Shown: in pieces, positions 48,146 through 57,608 of the stretch
How positions within the stretch are numbered: position 1 is the first letter of the stretch
How the letters are laid out: each line of letters opens with the position of its first letter
Assembly (NCBI GenBank): GCA_964403075.1
Contig: CAYOEV010000001.1
Span: 298,864 to 362,863 of the forward strand
Origin: an uncultured Roseivirgaceae bacterium
GTDB lineage: Bacteria; Bacteroidota; Bacteroidia; Cytophagales; Cyclobacteriaceae
Length of the DNA: 64,000 bases
Direction of reading: 5' to 3'
The notes under the pieces: model-generated
What the model saw: the letters and a program-made list of their open reading frames with translations, nothing else
Databases searched by the model: none
Told to the model about the DNA's origin: nothing
Position numbers and translations under genes: made by a program

Positions 48146-48816
48146 TAGCAAAATCACAGGGAATTGTGCTGAGTACGCTCCCATTTCAAGAGCATTCCAT
48201 TATCGCGCGATTGTATACACGCGATTTTGGTTACGGGGCTTTTATCGTAAGGGGGGTGAGGCGTGCACGCGCTCGCGGCCAATTGGCTTATTTTCAGCCT
48301 TTCACCATTTTGGATGTCGTAGTCTACGTGAAAGCGAGCCGATCTATACAGAATCTGACGGAATACAAGGCATTGCATTATGAAAAGCAACCTGACGTGA
48401 GGAAACAAACTGTCATGTTATTCCTTTCGGAAGTGTTGCAGCAATTATTAAGACAAGAGGAGGAGAGCAATCCGGCCATGTATGATTACTTATGCGGTGC
48501 CATACAAATCTTTCACGATAGGGACTGGATACAAAACTTTCACGTTCAATGTCTGGTACAATTGACACCTTTTTTAGGCATATCCATTGGATCGGTGGAG
48601 ATACTGCTTACGGAGCTTCAAAATCATGACATGTCTCCCTCGCTACGAACATTTTTTGAGGAGTCTATTTTTCAGCCCATTGGCGCCATGAATGTGGTGG
48701 GAACCGGAACTATAAGAAGTGAAGCCATTGGTTGGCTGCTGGATTATTTCGCTCTCCACATACCCGGTTTCGGGCCTATCCAATCAACCGAGGTACTACA
48801 ACGAATTTTTTATTGA
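48142..48816 (+). CDS. recO: DNA repair protein RecO
   Basis: N-terminal OB-fold pattern (GIVLSTLPFQEHSIIARLYTRDFGYGAFIVRG). 224 aa. Confidence 0.85.
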   Translation: MIAKSQGIVLSTLPFQEHSIIARLYTRDFGYGAFIVRGVRRARARGQLAYFQPFTILDVVVYVKASRSIQNLTEYKALHYEKQPDVRKQTVMLFLSEVLQQLLRQEEESNPAMYDYLCGAIQIFHDRDWIQNFHVQCLVQLTPFLGISIGSVEILLTELQNHDMSPSLRTFFEESIFQPIGAMNVVGTGTIRSEAIGWLLDYFALHIPGFGPIQSTEVLQRIFY

Positions 48817-48840
48817 TATTTGAATAGACCAAGAATAATT

Positions 48841-49797
48841 ATGGCAGGTACCGCTGGAATCCCTTCATTAGATTTACATGCATTTACGCAAGGAAATGTA
48901 TCCCAACGGGAAAATTTTGCGACTGCTTTAGGAGGCGCTTTTGAGCAGTATGGTTTTGTAGCAATCAAAAATCATGGCTTGGACACCGAACTGACACGCA
49001 ATCTTTATGACGCTGTACAGCGGTTTTTTTCGCTGCCGGATCATGTCAAGCAGGCTTACGAAAACGAGCAGCTTAATGGGCAGCGGGGATATGTGAGCAA
49101 AGGAAAAGAAAAAGCCAAGGGTCGAAATACAGGTGATCTGAAGGAATTTTACCATGTTGGTCAACCGCTTGAAAATGCAGATGTAGAAATGCCGGCAAAT
49201 ATTTGGCCGAAAGAAGTTCCGGAATTTAAGACCCATACGTTGGCAGCCTTTAATGCTTTGCTCAGAACCGGGTTGGATTTGTTGCAGGCCATTGCCTTGC
49301 ATTTAAAATTACCTTTTGATTATTTCGATGAATACGTAGCGACAGGGAACAGTATCCTTAGGCCAATCCATTATTTTCCGATAGATGAATTAGAGGCACT
49401 ACCCCCTGATGCGGTCCGGGCTGCGGCACATGGGGACATTAATTTGATTACTTTATTAATGGGGGCAAGTGCTGACGGACTTCAGATCTTAAGTAAGGAC
49501 GGGGAGTGGACACCAATCACAGCCCCCCCTGACCAAATAGTGGTTAATGTAGGAGACATGTTGGAGCGCCATACCAATGGTCAATTAAAATCTACCATTC
49601 ACCGGGTAGTCAACCCCCCCCTAGATCAGATGACCACTTCCCGTTATTCTATTCCGTTTTTCGTACATCCGGTATCCTCGATGGACTTGAGTTGCCTGGG
49701 TGTTTGTGTAGATGCGCAGCATCCGAAAAGATTCGAGGACATCACAGCTGGAGAATTCTTAATTCACCGTCTGAATGAGATAGGTTTAATCAAATGA
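48841..49797 (+). CDS. 2-oxoglutarate/Fe(II)-dependent oxygenase (isopenicillin-N-synthase-like family)
   Basis: HxD (AAHGDINLITLL), distal His (STIHRVVNP) and RxS (RYSIPFF). The ORF-track start is TTG at 48820; the first ATG is at 48841. Confidence 0.85.
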   Translation: MAGTAGIPSLDLHAFTQGNVSQRENFATALGGAFEQYGFVAIKNHGLDTELTRNLYDAVQRFFSLPDHVKQAYENEQLNGQRGYVSKGKEKAKGRNTGDLKEFYHVGQPLENADVEMPANIWPKEVPEFKTHTLAAFNALLRTGLDLLQAIALHLKLPFDYFDEYVATGNSILRPIHYFPIDELEALPPDAVRAAAHGDINLITLLMGASADGLQILSKDGEWTPITAPPDQIVVNVGDMLERHTNGQLKSTIHRVVNPPLDQMTTSRYSIPFFVHPVSSMDLSCLGVCVDAQHPKRFEDITAGEFLIHRLNEIGLIK

Positions 49798-50975
49798 CTT
49801 TTAGAAGGGTCCGTTATTTTATTTTTCTTCGCCACGTGTTTCTCCTGGCAGTAACCGCCATAGGTGGACCACAGGCCCACATCGCCATGTTCATTGACCA
49901 TCTTGTGAAAAAACATGGCTATGTGACAGAAGAAGATTTGCTCGAATTGTTTGCTTTATGTCAGGTACTTCCAGGCCCCACTTCAACCCAGACCATCACT
50001 GCCATCGGGTTCCGTATTGGTGGCCCAAAGTTGGCTTATTTAACCCTGCTGACATGGATGTTACCCGCCGTAACCATCATGACAATGGCGGCCATTATGG
50101 TCATTTGGTTTAATGAGATGAACGTATCGCTTTCGTTTTTGCGCTTTGTAGAGCCCATTGCCGTCGGGATTGTGGCTTATTCGGCTTACGTTATTTCGAA
50201 GAAGGTGGTGCACTCATTTACTGGAATTTTCCTAATGATCAGTGCGGTTGTTACCTCTTTTTATGTGCGTAGTCCTTTTGTGTTCCCCATATTGTTATTT
50301 ATCGGTGGTTCGATAACTGCGGTTAATTACAAGCGACACCCAAAAGAAGCGAAAGAAAAAATTCATATTGAGTGGTCTAATTTCTTTCTCTGGGGGGGTG
50401 TATTTGTCCTGATAGCGATTGTAGGGGCTATTTCGCAGTACAAATTGGTCCTCCTGTTCGAGAACTTCTACAGAAATGGAAGTTTGATCTTTGGTGGCGG
50501 ACAAGTATTGGTACCGTTGCTATATACCGAATTTGTGGAATTTAAGGAGTATCTCACTGGCAACGAGTTTGTTTCCGGTTACGGATTGGTGCAAGCCATT
50601 CCGGGACCCGTGTTTTCGTTTTGTGCTTATGTGGGTACGCTGAGTATGCGGGATATGGGTCTTTCAGGTCAGATTTTTGGTGCATTGATGGCCAGTGCAG
50701 GAATTTTTCTACCGGGGACCTTTTTGATTTTCTTTGTCATCCGTTTCTGGGACCAGGCCAAACGTTACCGCGTGGTGAGGGCCTCTTTAGAAGGGGTACA
50801 CGCGGTGAGTTCCGGACTGGTCTTTGCCGCGGTACTGCTGCTTTTAGAGCCCATGGAACAAAATTACGGCAACTATTTGCTAATGATTGGCACGGCTTTG
50901 ACGTTGTATCTGACCAAAATCCCCACACCGGTCATTATTCTTACTGGGTTGGTGGTTGGTTTGGCTTTTGGTTGA
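49794..50975 (+). CDS. chrA: chromate-ion transporter (CHR) family protein
   Basis: 393 aa with two CHR halves. VLPGPTSTQ and AIPGPVFSF motifs. Confidence 0.88.
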   Translation: MTFRRVRYFIFLRHVFLLAVTAIGGPQAHIAMFIDHLVKKHGYVTEEDLLELFALCQVLPGPTSTQTITAIGFRIGGPKLAYLTLLTWMLPAVTIMTMAAIMVIWFNEMNVSLSFLRFVEPIAVGIVAYSAYVISKKVVHSFTGIFLMISAVVTSFYVRSPFVFPILLFIGGSITAVNYKRHPKEAKEKIHIEWSNFFLWGGVFVLIAIVGAISQYKLVLLFENFYRNGSLIFGGGQVLVPLLYTEFVEFKEYLTGNEFVSGYGLVQAIPGPVFSFCAYVGTLSMRDMGLSGQIFGALMASAGIFLPGTFLIFFVIRFWDQAKRYRVVRASLEGVHAVSSGLVFAAVLLLLEPMEQNYGNYLLMIGTALTLYLTKIPTPVIILTGLVVGLAFG

Positions 50976-51194
50976 GAGATGGCCCAATACTCCCTATAGA
51001 TTCATGATTTTTCATTACATCTTACATGTACCAGCATTGTTTTAATGTTGAATGAATTTGACTCATTCTCCTTCCTTAAAGTGAATTTTTGAAATGCCTA
51101 ATATTGGGTTGAGGACAGAAAGGCGACCATTACCTGGTCAGTAGGTTTAGGGTCTGGTGGTGTATGACCCGATCCAATTGGCTTTATTCAATAT

Positions 51195-51235
51195 AAAAAA
51201 GCCACTCCTATTGGAATGGCTTTGGTCTTTTCTTT
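51195..51235. terminator. candidate bidirectional intrinsic terminator
   Basis: Hairpin GCCACTCC-TATT-GGAATGGC (51201-51220; 7 pairs plus one C/A mismatch). It is flanked by AAAAAA on the left and TTTGGTCTTTTCTTT on the right, so each strand sees a U-rich tail. It sits between convergent chrA and skp. Confidence 0.5.
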
Positions 51236-51242
51236 GCAACAT

Positions 51243-51776
51243 TTACTCCCCTACTGGTGCTTTTACGCCCAGCTCGTCAAGAACTAGAGGAGACACGTCA
51301 TGTTCTGCCTTGGCGTAGAGTAATACATCCAAGCCGCCGCTTCTGGCATCAAAGATGAAATCGTAGCCTTCACGTTCCGACACCGTCTCGATAGCTTTGC
51401 CTATTTTTTCAAAAGCTGGCTCTAGAAGCTCTTGGCGTTTTTTGGCCATGGAATCTTGAGCTTTTTGCTGAAATTCCTGAATGTTGGTTTGAAGATTGTT
51501 AATTTCCTGTTCCTTGTCTGCACGCACTACATCATCAAAATTCTCGGCATTGCTTCGATAATCCTCGATTTTGGCTTGTAAGTCAGCATATTTGGTTTGG
51601 AGCTGCTTATCCAACATGGTTCTATGTGAGTTGAGGTCGGCTTCGATTTGTTTGGCTTCCGGGAGCAGGCTCAGTATATAATCTGCGCTGGTGTATCCGA
51701 CCTTTAGACCCTGTGCAACGCCATTCAACACCATAACGCTGGCCATGAGGCTAAAAAGTATCATTTTCGTTTTCAT
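51243..51776 (-). CDS. OmpH/Skp-family periplasmic chaperone
   Basis: 177 aa with a signal peptide and a long coiled-coil (Q/E/K-rich) region. Position downstream of bamA. Confidence 0.85.
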   Translation of the reverse strand: MKTKMILFSLMASVMVLNGVAQGLKVGYTSADYILSLLPEAKQIEADLNSHRTMLDKQLQTKYADLQAKIEDYRSNAENFDDVVRADKEQEINNLQTNIQEFQQKAQDSMAKKRQELLEPAFEKIGKAIETVSEREGYDFIFDARSGGLDVLLYAKAEHDVSPLVLDELGVKAPVGE

Positions 51777-51778
51777 AA

Positions 51779-52309
51779 CTATTTATTTACACTTTTGTTT
51801 TGTTCCAATTCTAATTCTTCTAACACAAAGTCGGTGTAATCATGAATGGGGTCTGTGTAGATCATGATAGGTTCACCAGATTTGTCAAAAACTATGCTTA
51901 GTCTGTTGTTTTTTGCCACTATCTCAACGGCCTCAAACACCTGATCTTGTACTGGTTTGATTAATTCTTTTTTCTTTAACCAGTACAAGCCATCCTGGCG
52001 GCCGAATATTTGTTGTTCGAATTCTTTTACCTGCTTCCTCTGCTCGTCTATGGCCACCACACGTTCTTCATAGATTTCTTTAGTGAGCAACACCTCCTCT
52101 GCTTTAAGTGCGGCCACCATGGCGTCTACATCTACATATTGCTCAGCGATCTCTTTTTCCCATTCAGAGGCTAATTTTTCTAATTCCAATTGAGCCTCTT
52201 GATAAGCGGGCATTCTGTTGAGCACATAGCTCATGTCAACATAACCAAATTTTTGGGCAAATGTAATCTGAAACAGGAGGCATCCAAACAGAGCGAATAT
52301 TGCTTTCAT
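51779..52309 (-). CDS. OmpH/Skp-family periplasmic chaperone
   Basis: ATG at 52309 gives the signal peptide MKAIFALFGCLLFQITFAQ. Coiled-coil body. The ORF-track start at 52390 lies inside bamA. Confidence 0.8.
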   Translation of the reverse strand: MKAIFALFGCLLFQITFAQKFGYVDMSYVLNRMPAYQEAQLELEKLASEWEKEIAEQYVDVDAMVAALKAEEVLLTKEIYEERVVAIDEQRKQVKEFEQQIFGRQDGLYWLKKKELIKPVQDQVFEAVEIVAKNNRLSIVFDKSGEPIMIYTDPIHDYTDFVLEELELEQNKSVNK

Positions 52310-52310
52310 G

Positions 52311-54989
52311 TTATCTGATTTGCTGGCCGATTGAAAAGTGGAACTGCGGGCCACTTGGGTCCAATGAACCTGGTAAGGTGTCAAAGCCATAGCCCCAATC
52401 CAGTCCCATCAAACCGAACGCCGGCATGAATATCCTGATGCCGACACCGGCAGATCGGAACTGATTGTAAGGGTTAAAATTTTTAAAATCATTCCAGTTG
52501 TTACCACTTTCAAAGAAAGTGAGACCATAAATGGTGGCAGTAGGTGATGTAGAAATCGCATAGCGTAGTTCCACCACAAACTTGTTGAACAGAGTACCTC
52601 CAGCTATGTCATCTGAGAAGTCGTTAGGGGTATCATTATCGTCCAAGGGCGATATGGAGTTGTTTTCATAGCCTCTCAGACCGATCACGTCTGTACCCAA
52701 AAGAAAACTCTGTCCTGTAAGACCGTCACCCCCCAATTGGAATCTTTCAAACGGACCTACTCCTACGTCAGGATTGTAGGAACCCAGATAACCGAAGTGG
52801 GCGCGGGAGGCCAGTACGAGATCACCTACTAACCTCAGGTAAAATTTCGAATCAAAATTCCATTTGTGGTATTCCAACCATTTGTAGAGTGTTTCGTTAT
52901 CTGCATTTTCGTAATCAATATTGTTTACCAGCGAATAAGGTGGCGTAAAAGCCATGATTAAATTTATCTGGGACCCCGTGCGCGGGTACATTGGATTGTC
53001 AATTGAACTACGCGAAATACTTGTATTGAAGGTAATACTATTGGCGTCACCTGTGTCAAAACCAAGAGACCGACTACCGAAATTGTTGAGGCCGTAACGT
53101 AAATAAGAAATTCCATTACTTACGGTGAAAAAGTCATCTGGCCATCTTACCCTTCTGGCGAGTGATACGGTAATACCGGATACTTTCAAGGTACCAAACA
53201 CTTCTCTTGAGAAGGGATCAATACTGCGTTGGACAGATTGATTTAAATTGACACTGAATGCGTTTCTTCTTCTACCACCCAACCACGGTTCGGTAAAGCC
53301 GAGTCTATAACTCTGGAATCTACGCCCGTTGGCCTGAATACTCAAGGAAAGCTGTTGTCCATCTCCCACAGGCAATCCTCGCCACTTGGAAGGCTTGGAT
53401 ATGTTTCGCATGGAGAAATTGTTGAATGTAAGCCCAACGGTTCCCACAAAACCAAATTGACCACCCCAGCCTCCTGAGAGCTGAATTTGGTCGTTCGGCT
53501 GCTCTACCAGCTGCCATTCAATATCCACCGTTTCGGTTTCCAGATTGGGTTTAGGGATAGGGTTAATTTGTTCAGGATCGAAATAACCAAGTTGTCTCAA
53601 TTCGTTTTGTGTACGCAAGATCAATGCACGACTGAATTTTTCTCCGGGGAGTGTATATAATTCACGCATGATGACGTGGTCGTTGGTTTTGTCATTACCC
53701 GTGACGTAAACCTTATTAATGGTCGCTTGAGGGCCTTCCTGGATGCGCATTTCCATATCTATGGAGTCGCCCTCTACCTTTACTTCTATTGGCTGGATAT
53801 TAAAGAAGAGGTAGCCGTCGTCCATGTAGAGTGCACTAATGTCGATATCACCGGTAGGATTAAACGTAAGCTTTTTGTTGATCAATTCCTGGTCATAGAC
53901 ATCGCCTTTGTCAATACCCAGTACCTGGTCCAGTTGTTCATCAGTATAAACGAAATTTCCTGACCAGGTAATTTCCCGGAAATAGTACTTATTGCCCGGT
54001 GCCAAACGAATGTCAATGTTCATATTTCGCTCATCTACAAGGTAGGTGGAATCCACCACGACTTCTGCATCACGGTAACCTTTGGAATTGTAGAAAGCAA
54101 TTAATCCTTCTTTGTCGGTTAGGTAGTCTTCACGAACGAATTTTGAAGATTTGAAAAAATTTAATTTGGCATGCGTGGCGATATAATCTTGTAAACTATT
54201 CTCAGAAGTATCCTTGTTTGTCAGGAATTGCCAGATACTCAACGGATGACTGAGCGCATAGATGCTCTTTTCTAAAAGGTCTGATGGCAGGTCGAAACGG
54301 ACGCGCTCCCCTGTGGACCGTAGTTTTTTCTTTAATCGACGACCAGAGAATTGATCATTACCGTAAAAATTGATTGCATTGACCTTTACTTTTTTATTTT
54401 TTTCAATGTCCACGAGAACCACCACACTATTACGTAAAACGGAGTCAGTTCTTTGGATGAGTTTTACATCCGCGTTGAGGAACCCCTTGGTCTCCAGGCT
54501 TCGTTTTACCGCGATTTCAACATTCTTTTGGGAGGCTTCAGTCCATACTTTACCGATACTTGCCTTTACTTCTTCTTTCAGGTCGGCTGCCATGCTTTTG
54601 CTTACCCCCTCAAAATTAAAGCGACTCAATCTAGGCCGTTCTTTCAGTTCGATAACGAGCCAGATTTTGTCACCTTCTATTTTGGAGGCATAGATAGCTA
54701 CATCCCCTAAAATGCCTTGTTTCCAAAGCTTGCGAAGCGCAGTGGTAATGTCTTCACCTGGAACCCGGATTTTATCTCCCACGCGCAAACCTGTCATCGA
54801 GATGAGTGCATTGTTGTCAAGGAACTCAACGCCCACCACCTCGATACCTGCAATCTCGTATTCTTTTGGATTGGCGTAGTTCAGCTGGGTTTCTGGGCGA
54901 TTACGGTTGTTTTTTCCAAACACCACCTGACCTTGTACATCCCGTAGACAAAGGAGCGTCAGTAATAGCATAACAAAGCTTTTCGTCAT
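52311..54989 (-). CDS. bamA: outer membrane protein assembly factor BamA
   Basis: ATG at 54989 (MTKSFVMLLLTLLCL; ATGA overlap with the uppS stop). POTRA repeats followed by an Omp85 barrel ending ...FHFSIGQQIR. Confidence 0.93.
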   Translation of the reverse strand: MTKSFVMLLLTLLCLRDVQGQVVFGKNNRNRPETQLNYANPKEYEIAGIEVVGVEFLDNNALISMTGLRVGDKIRVPGEDITTALRKLWKQGILGDVAIYASKIEGDKIWLVIELKERPRLSRFNFEGVSKSMAADLKEEVKASIGKVWTEASQKNVEIAVKRSLETKGFLNADVKLIQRTDSVLRNSVVVLVDIEKNKKVKVNAINFYGNDQFSGRRLKKKLRSTGERVRFDLPSDLLEKSIYALSHPLSIWQFLTNKDTSENSLQDYIATHAKLNFFKSSKFVREDYLTDKEGLIAFYNSKGYRDAEVVVDSTYLVDERNMNIDIRLAPGNKYYFREITWSGNFVYTDEQLDQVLGIDKGDVYDQELINKKLTFNPTGDIDISALYMDDGYLFFNIQPIEVKVEGDSIDMEMRIQEGPQATINKVYVTGNDKTNDHVIMRELYTLPGEKFSRALILRTQNELRQLGYFDPEQINPIPKPNLETETVDIEWQLVEQPNDQIQLSGGWGGQFGFVGTVGLTFNNFSMRNISKPSKWRGLPVGDGQQLSLSIQANGRRFQSYRLGFTEPWLGGRRRNAFSVNLNQSVQRSIDPFSREVFGTLKVSGITVSLARRVRWPDDFFTVSNGISYLRYGLNNFGSRSLGFDTGDANSITFNTSISRSSIDNPMYPRTGSQINLIMAFTPPYSLVNNIDYENADNETLYKWLEYHKWNFDSKFYLRLVGDLVLASRAHFGYLGSYNPDVGVGPFERFQLGGDGLTGQSFLLGTDVIGLRGYENNSISPLDDNDTPNDFSDDIAGGTLFNKFVVELRYAISTSPTATIYGLTFFESGNNWNDFKNFNPYNQFRSAGVGIRIFMPAFGLMGLDWGYGFDTLPGSLDPSGPQFHFSIGQQIR

Positions 54990-55720
54990 ATTTCTGCACT
55001 CACTTGTTTGCTTATCTTTCCAAAGCGTCGTTCGCGTTTCTGATAATCCTCTAGCGCTGAGAGTAAGTCCTGCTTTCTGAAATCTGGCCAAAGTACGTGG
55101 GTAAAGTAAAGTTCTGTGTAAGCCGCTTGCCAGAGGAAAAAGTTACTGATTCGCTGCTCCCCGCTGGTTCGAATCAGTAATTCAGGACCGGGAATACCCT
55201 TTGTAGCCAGGTGATTTGCAATGACATCTCCGTTGATATCAGCAGCTATCAGGTCTCCGTTAGCTATTTTTTCGCCTATTCGGTTCATGGCGTGTGTTAG
55301 GTCCCAACGACCACTATAATTGAGGGCAAGGATTAACTGAAGACCCGCATTGTCTCCGGTGGCCGACATGGCCTCCCGTAATCTGCGACATGCAGAGTCG
55401 GGTAACTGCTCAATGTCACCGATTGTGGTGAGTGAAATGTTATTTCTCATCAATGTGGGCAATTCTTCACTAATGGTGGAAACCAACAAAGACATGAGCG
55501 CTTCCACCTCAGCTTTTGGTCTCTCCCAGTTTTCAGTAGAAAACGCGAAGAGCGTCAAATGTTTGATACCCAATTCAGCACACCCCTCAACCGTATCTCT
55601 CACGGCCTTGATTGCATTTTTATGACCAAATATTCTAGCCGCTCCTTTGTTTTGCGCCCAGCGACCATTTCCATCCATAATTACTGCAATATGTCGAGGG
55701 AGATTCCCCATAACATTCAT
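54986..55720 (-). CDS. uppS: isoprenyl transferase (undecaprenyl-diphosphate synthase)
   Basis: HIAVIMDGNGRWA, FSTENWERP, RTSGEQRISNFFLWQ and the RERRFG tail. Confidence 0.95.
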   Translation of the reverse strand: MNVMGNLPRHIAVIMDGNGRWAQNKGAARIFGHKNAIKAVRDTVEGCAELGIKHLTLFAFSTENWERPKAEVEALMSLLVSTISEELPTLMRNNISLTTIGDIEQLPDSACRRLREAMSATGDNAGLQLILALNYSGRWDLTHAMNRIGEKIANGDLIAADINGDVIANHLATKGIPGPELLIRTSGEQRISNFFLWQAAYTELYFTHVLWPDFRKQDLLSALEDYQKRERRFGKISKQVSAEI

Positions 55721-55793
55721 CCGCCACGCTAATTTTTCATAAAGGTTACAAAAATGGTATTTTTTTGACTAACCCACTGAATATTAACGTCAT

Positions 55794-56489
55794 TTAACGT
55801 GAGAAAATTGAACGATTGGGAACGTAAGGAAATGGACATGGAATTTGGTAATTAACAAAACTGATACGTATTCCAGTAAAGAAATACCAGTCATCGTCAT
55901 TGGGGTTGCCAAACTGAAAATTTTTATTCGTCACGTCACCATCCGAAATCCCATCCAGGTAGTCATAGAAAGTTTTTCGAGCCCCAAGTTCCCATTCTAC
56001 AACGAATCGTTTGCCTATTTTGTGTTTTATACCTACCCCAATGGGAATCACCGGCTGTAATTGACTGAAATCTTCATCCACATTGTCCGGAGGATTGTTG
56101 ACCTGGATCATGCCAAAACCACCAAATAAATACGGTGACCATTTGATGGGCGAATCCTGTGGTTTGTAATCCAGGAAATGATATTCCATTACGGCAGCAC
56201 CCTCCAGCAAGGTACTGTTAAAAGACTGTGTCCTGTTTTCACCCAGCGCATCTTTAAAATTCTCGTCATCCCCACTCACCTGACCAATCGTGAGCATGAA
56301 ACGTGTACTGACAATGGTTGAAAGGTTCAGGCGAAAATGAGCGCTCATCGCCGGGTTCAGATATTCTGGTCGAAAGCCAACAGCCAAATCTCCGGTGTAG
56401 GTCATGGCACCTATGCCTACCCCGAATTCCATAAACTGAGCAGACACCCAAAAGGGGAGGAAACAGGAAAAAATGATAAATTTTCTCAA
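55794..56489 (-). CDS. small outer-membrane beta-barrel protein (DUF6089-like)
   Basis: 231 aa with signal peptide MRKFIIFSCFLPFWVSAQ. Gly/aromatic beta-strand pattern. Position upstream of uppS-bamA, as in many Bacteroidota. The DUF name is from memory, not searched. Confidence 0.65.
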   Translation of the reverse strand: MRKFIIFSCFLPFWVSAQFMEFGVGIGAMTYTGDLAVGFRPEYLNPAMSAHFRLNLSTIVSTRFMLTIGQVSGDDENFKDALGENRTQSFNSTLLEGAAVMEYHFLDYKPQDSPIKWSPYLFGGFGMIQVNNPPDNVDEDFSQLQPVIPIGVGIKHKIGKRFVVEWELGARKTFYDYLDGISDGDVTNKNFQFGNPNDDDWYFFTGIRISFVNYQIPCPFPYVPNRSIFSR

Positions 56490-56493
56490 AAGC

Positions 56494-57549
56494 TTATCTG
56501 AACTTTGCTCTTCTTCCCGATACTGGCTGGAGCAAATAAGTAATCTTTAGTTGCGTAACAAAATAAAGATCGTTGCTATCTGGATTACCCCTGACAGCGC
56601 CATCCTGACCGGCACCAATGGTTCCAATTGAGGAATAAGTTGTGCCTCCGAAATCGCGGGCTGTGATGAGTGTACCAACATTGCGCGGGTCGCCGCTTAA
56701 TACAGCATTGGGTTCTGCGCTACGGTCAGACATGATTCGGGCCAATGGATCATCGAAACTGTCCAGTGAACGATAAGTACCACTTACGTCATCGATATAA
56801 TCGAAAAACAATTTTCTAATACCAAATTCGATTCCGGCGCTGAGATTGTTGTTGAGGTAAATGTCTGCACCGATGGTCAGCGGAATAGCAATCTGCAAAC
56901 TGCTGTATTGCTCACCTTCTGTTTCCAGTGGACGAAGCTTAACCCATTCGTCTGAACTGGGTGCCGGTATGCCCCCACTCGGGTCGCTTTGATAATCTGC
57001 ACCCGGAACGAGCCCCTTGGGTTCATGGTGTATAGCGGCCACTCCTAGGTAAAGGAATCCATTCAACGGCGGCCTTCCGTTTGGACCGCCATAATTAGGA
57101 AACAAAAAGACTTGTAATCCTGCTGACAATTCTTTGATATCGTTTCGGAAGCTTAGATTTCTGTAATATCGGGGGGCATCTCCTTCGGAATTAGGGTCAG
57201 CGGAAAAGTCGTCCCCAGAAATACGGCCGTAAAGAAAAGAGGCTCGGACGGCCATTGAATGGTGGAACTTATAACCAGCAAAAATCCCCAGGCCCGGACG
57301 GGTAAAGGAGATGTCCGTGCTCGCGGCTTTGTTTACAGGCGCCAAGTCTCCGAAGTAATTCAGTGCATTGACAGATCCACCTACAAAATAGTAAGGACGG
57401 AAACGACCCACTGCTACTCTGCCGCGGTACCTAGAGATGGTTTTGTTTTTGGACCTCTGTTTCTTGTATTTATTTTGAGCCAAAAGTTGGTTACCTGCGA
57501 ACAGTAAAAGTGCAGCAAACACGAATGTTATATATTTTTTATCAAGCAT
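56494..57549 (-). CDS. outer-membrane beta-barrel protein, larger paralogue of the downstream DUF6089-like gene
   Basis: 351 aa with a signal peptide. It shares motif order with 55794-56489: YFGDLA / YTGDLA, GRISGDD / GQVSGDD, FDYIDDVSG / YDYLDGISDG, and a C-terminal strand ...KITYLL / ...RISFVN. Confidence 0.6.
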   Translation of the reverse strand: MLDKKYITFVFAALLLFAGNQLLAQNKYKKQRSKNKTISRYRGRVAVGRFRPYYFVGGSVNALNYFGDLAPVNKAASTDISFTRPGLGIFAGYKFHHSMAVRASFLYGRISGDDFSADPNSEGDAPRYYRNLSFRNDIKELSAGLQVFLFPNYGGPNGRPPLNGFLYLGVAAIHHEPKGLVPGADYQSDPSGGIPAPSSDEWVKLRPLETEGEQYSSLQIAIPLTIGADIYLNNNLSAGIEFGIRKLFFDYIDDVSGTYRSLDSFDDPLARIMSDRSAEPNAVLSGDPRNVGTLITARDFGGTTYSSIGTIGAGQDGAVRGNPDSNDLYFVTQLKITYLLQPVSGRRAKFR

Positions 57550-57568
57550 GATTCGAGTGATAATAACC

Positions 57569-57576
57569 CAAAACTA
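57569..57576 (-). promoter_or_regulatory. candidate -7 box (TAGTTTTG on the minus strand)
   Basis: Plus-strand CAAAACTA. It lies 19 nt upstream of the minus-strand ATG at 57549, in the 59-nt spacer after nadK. Confidence 0.35.
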
Positions 57577-57608
57577 TGGATTTGATTGTACCCAACTAAC
57601 AAAAAATG

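Noticed and set aside
49523-49621. C7 (49523-49529) and C8 (49614-49621) homopolymer tracts in the 2OG oxygenase gene as possible phase-variation switches
   Set aside because: Comparable G7/C7 runs occur in suhB (17418-17424), chrA (50392-50398) and the hydrolase gene (61944-61950 and about 62032-62038). All simply encode Gly-Gly or Pro-Pro. The tracts are short for slipped-strand switching and are not in 5' regions.
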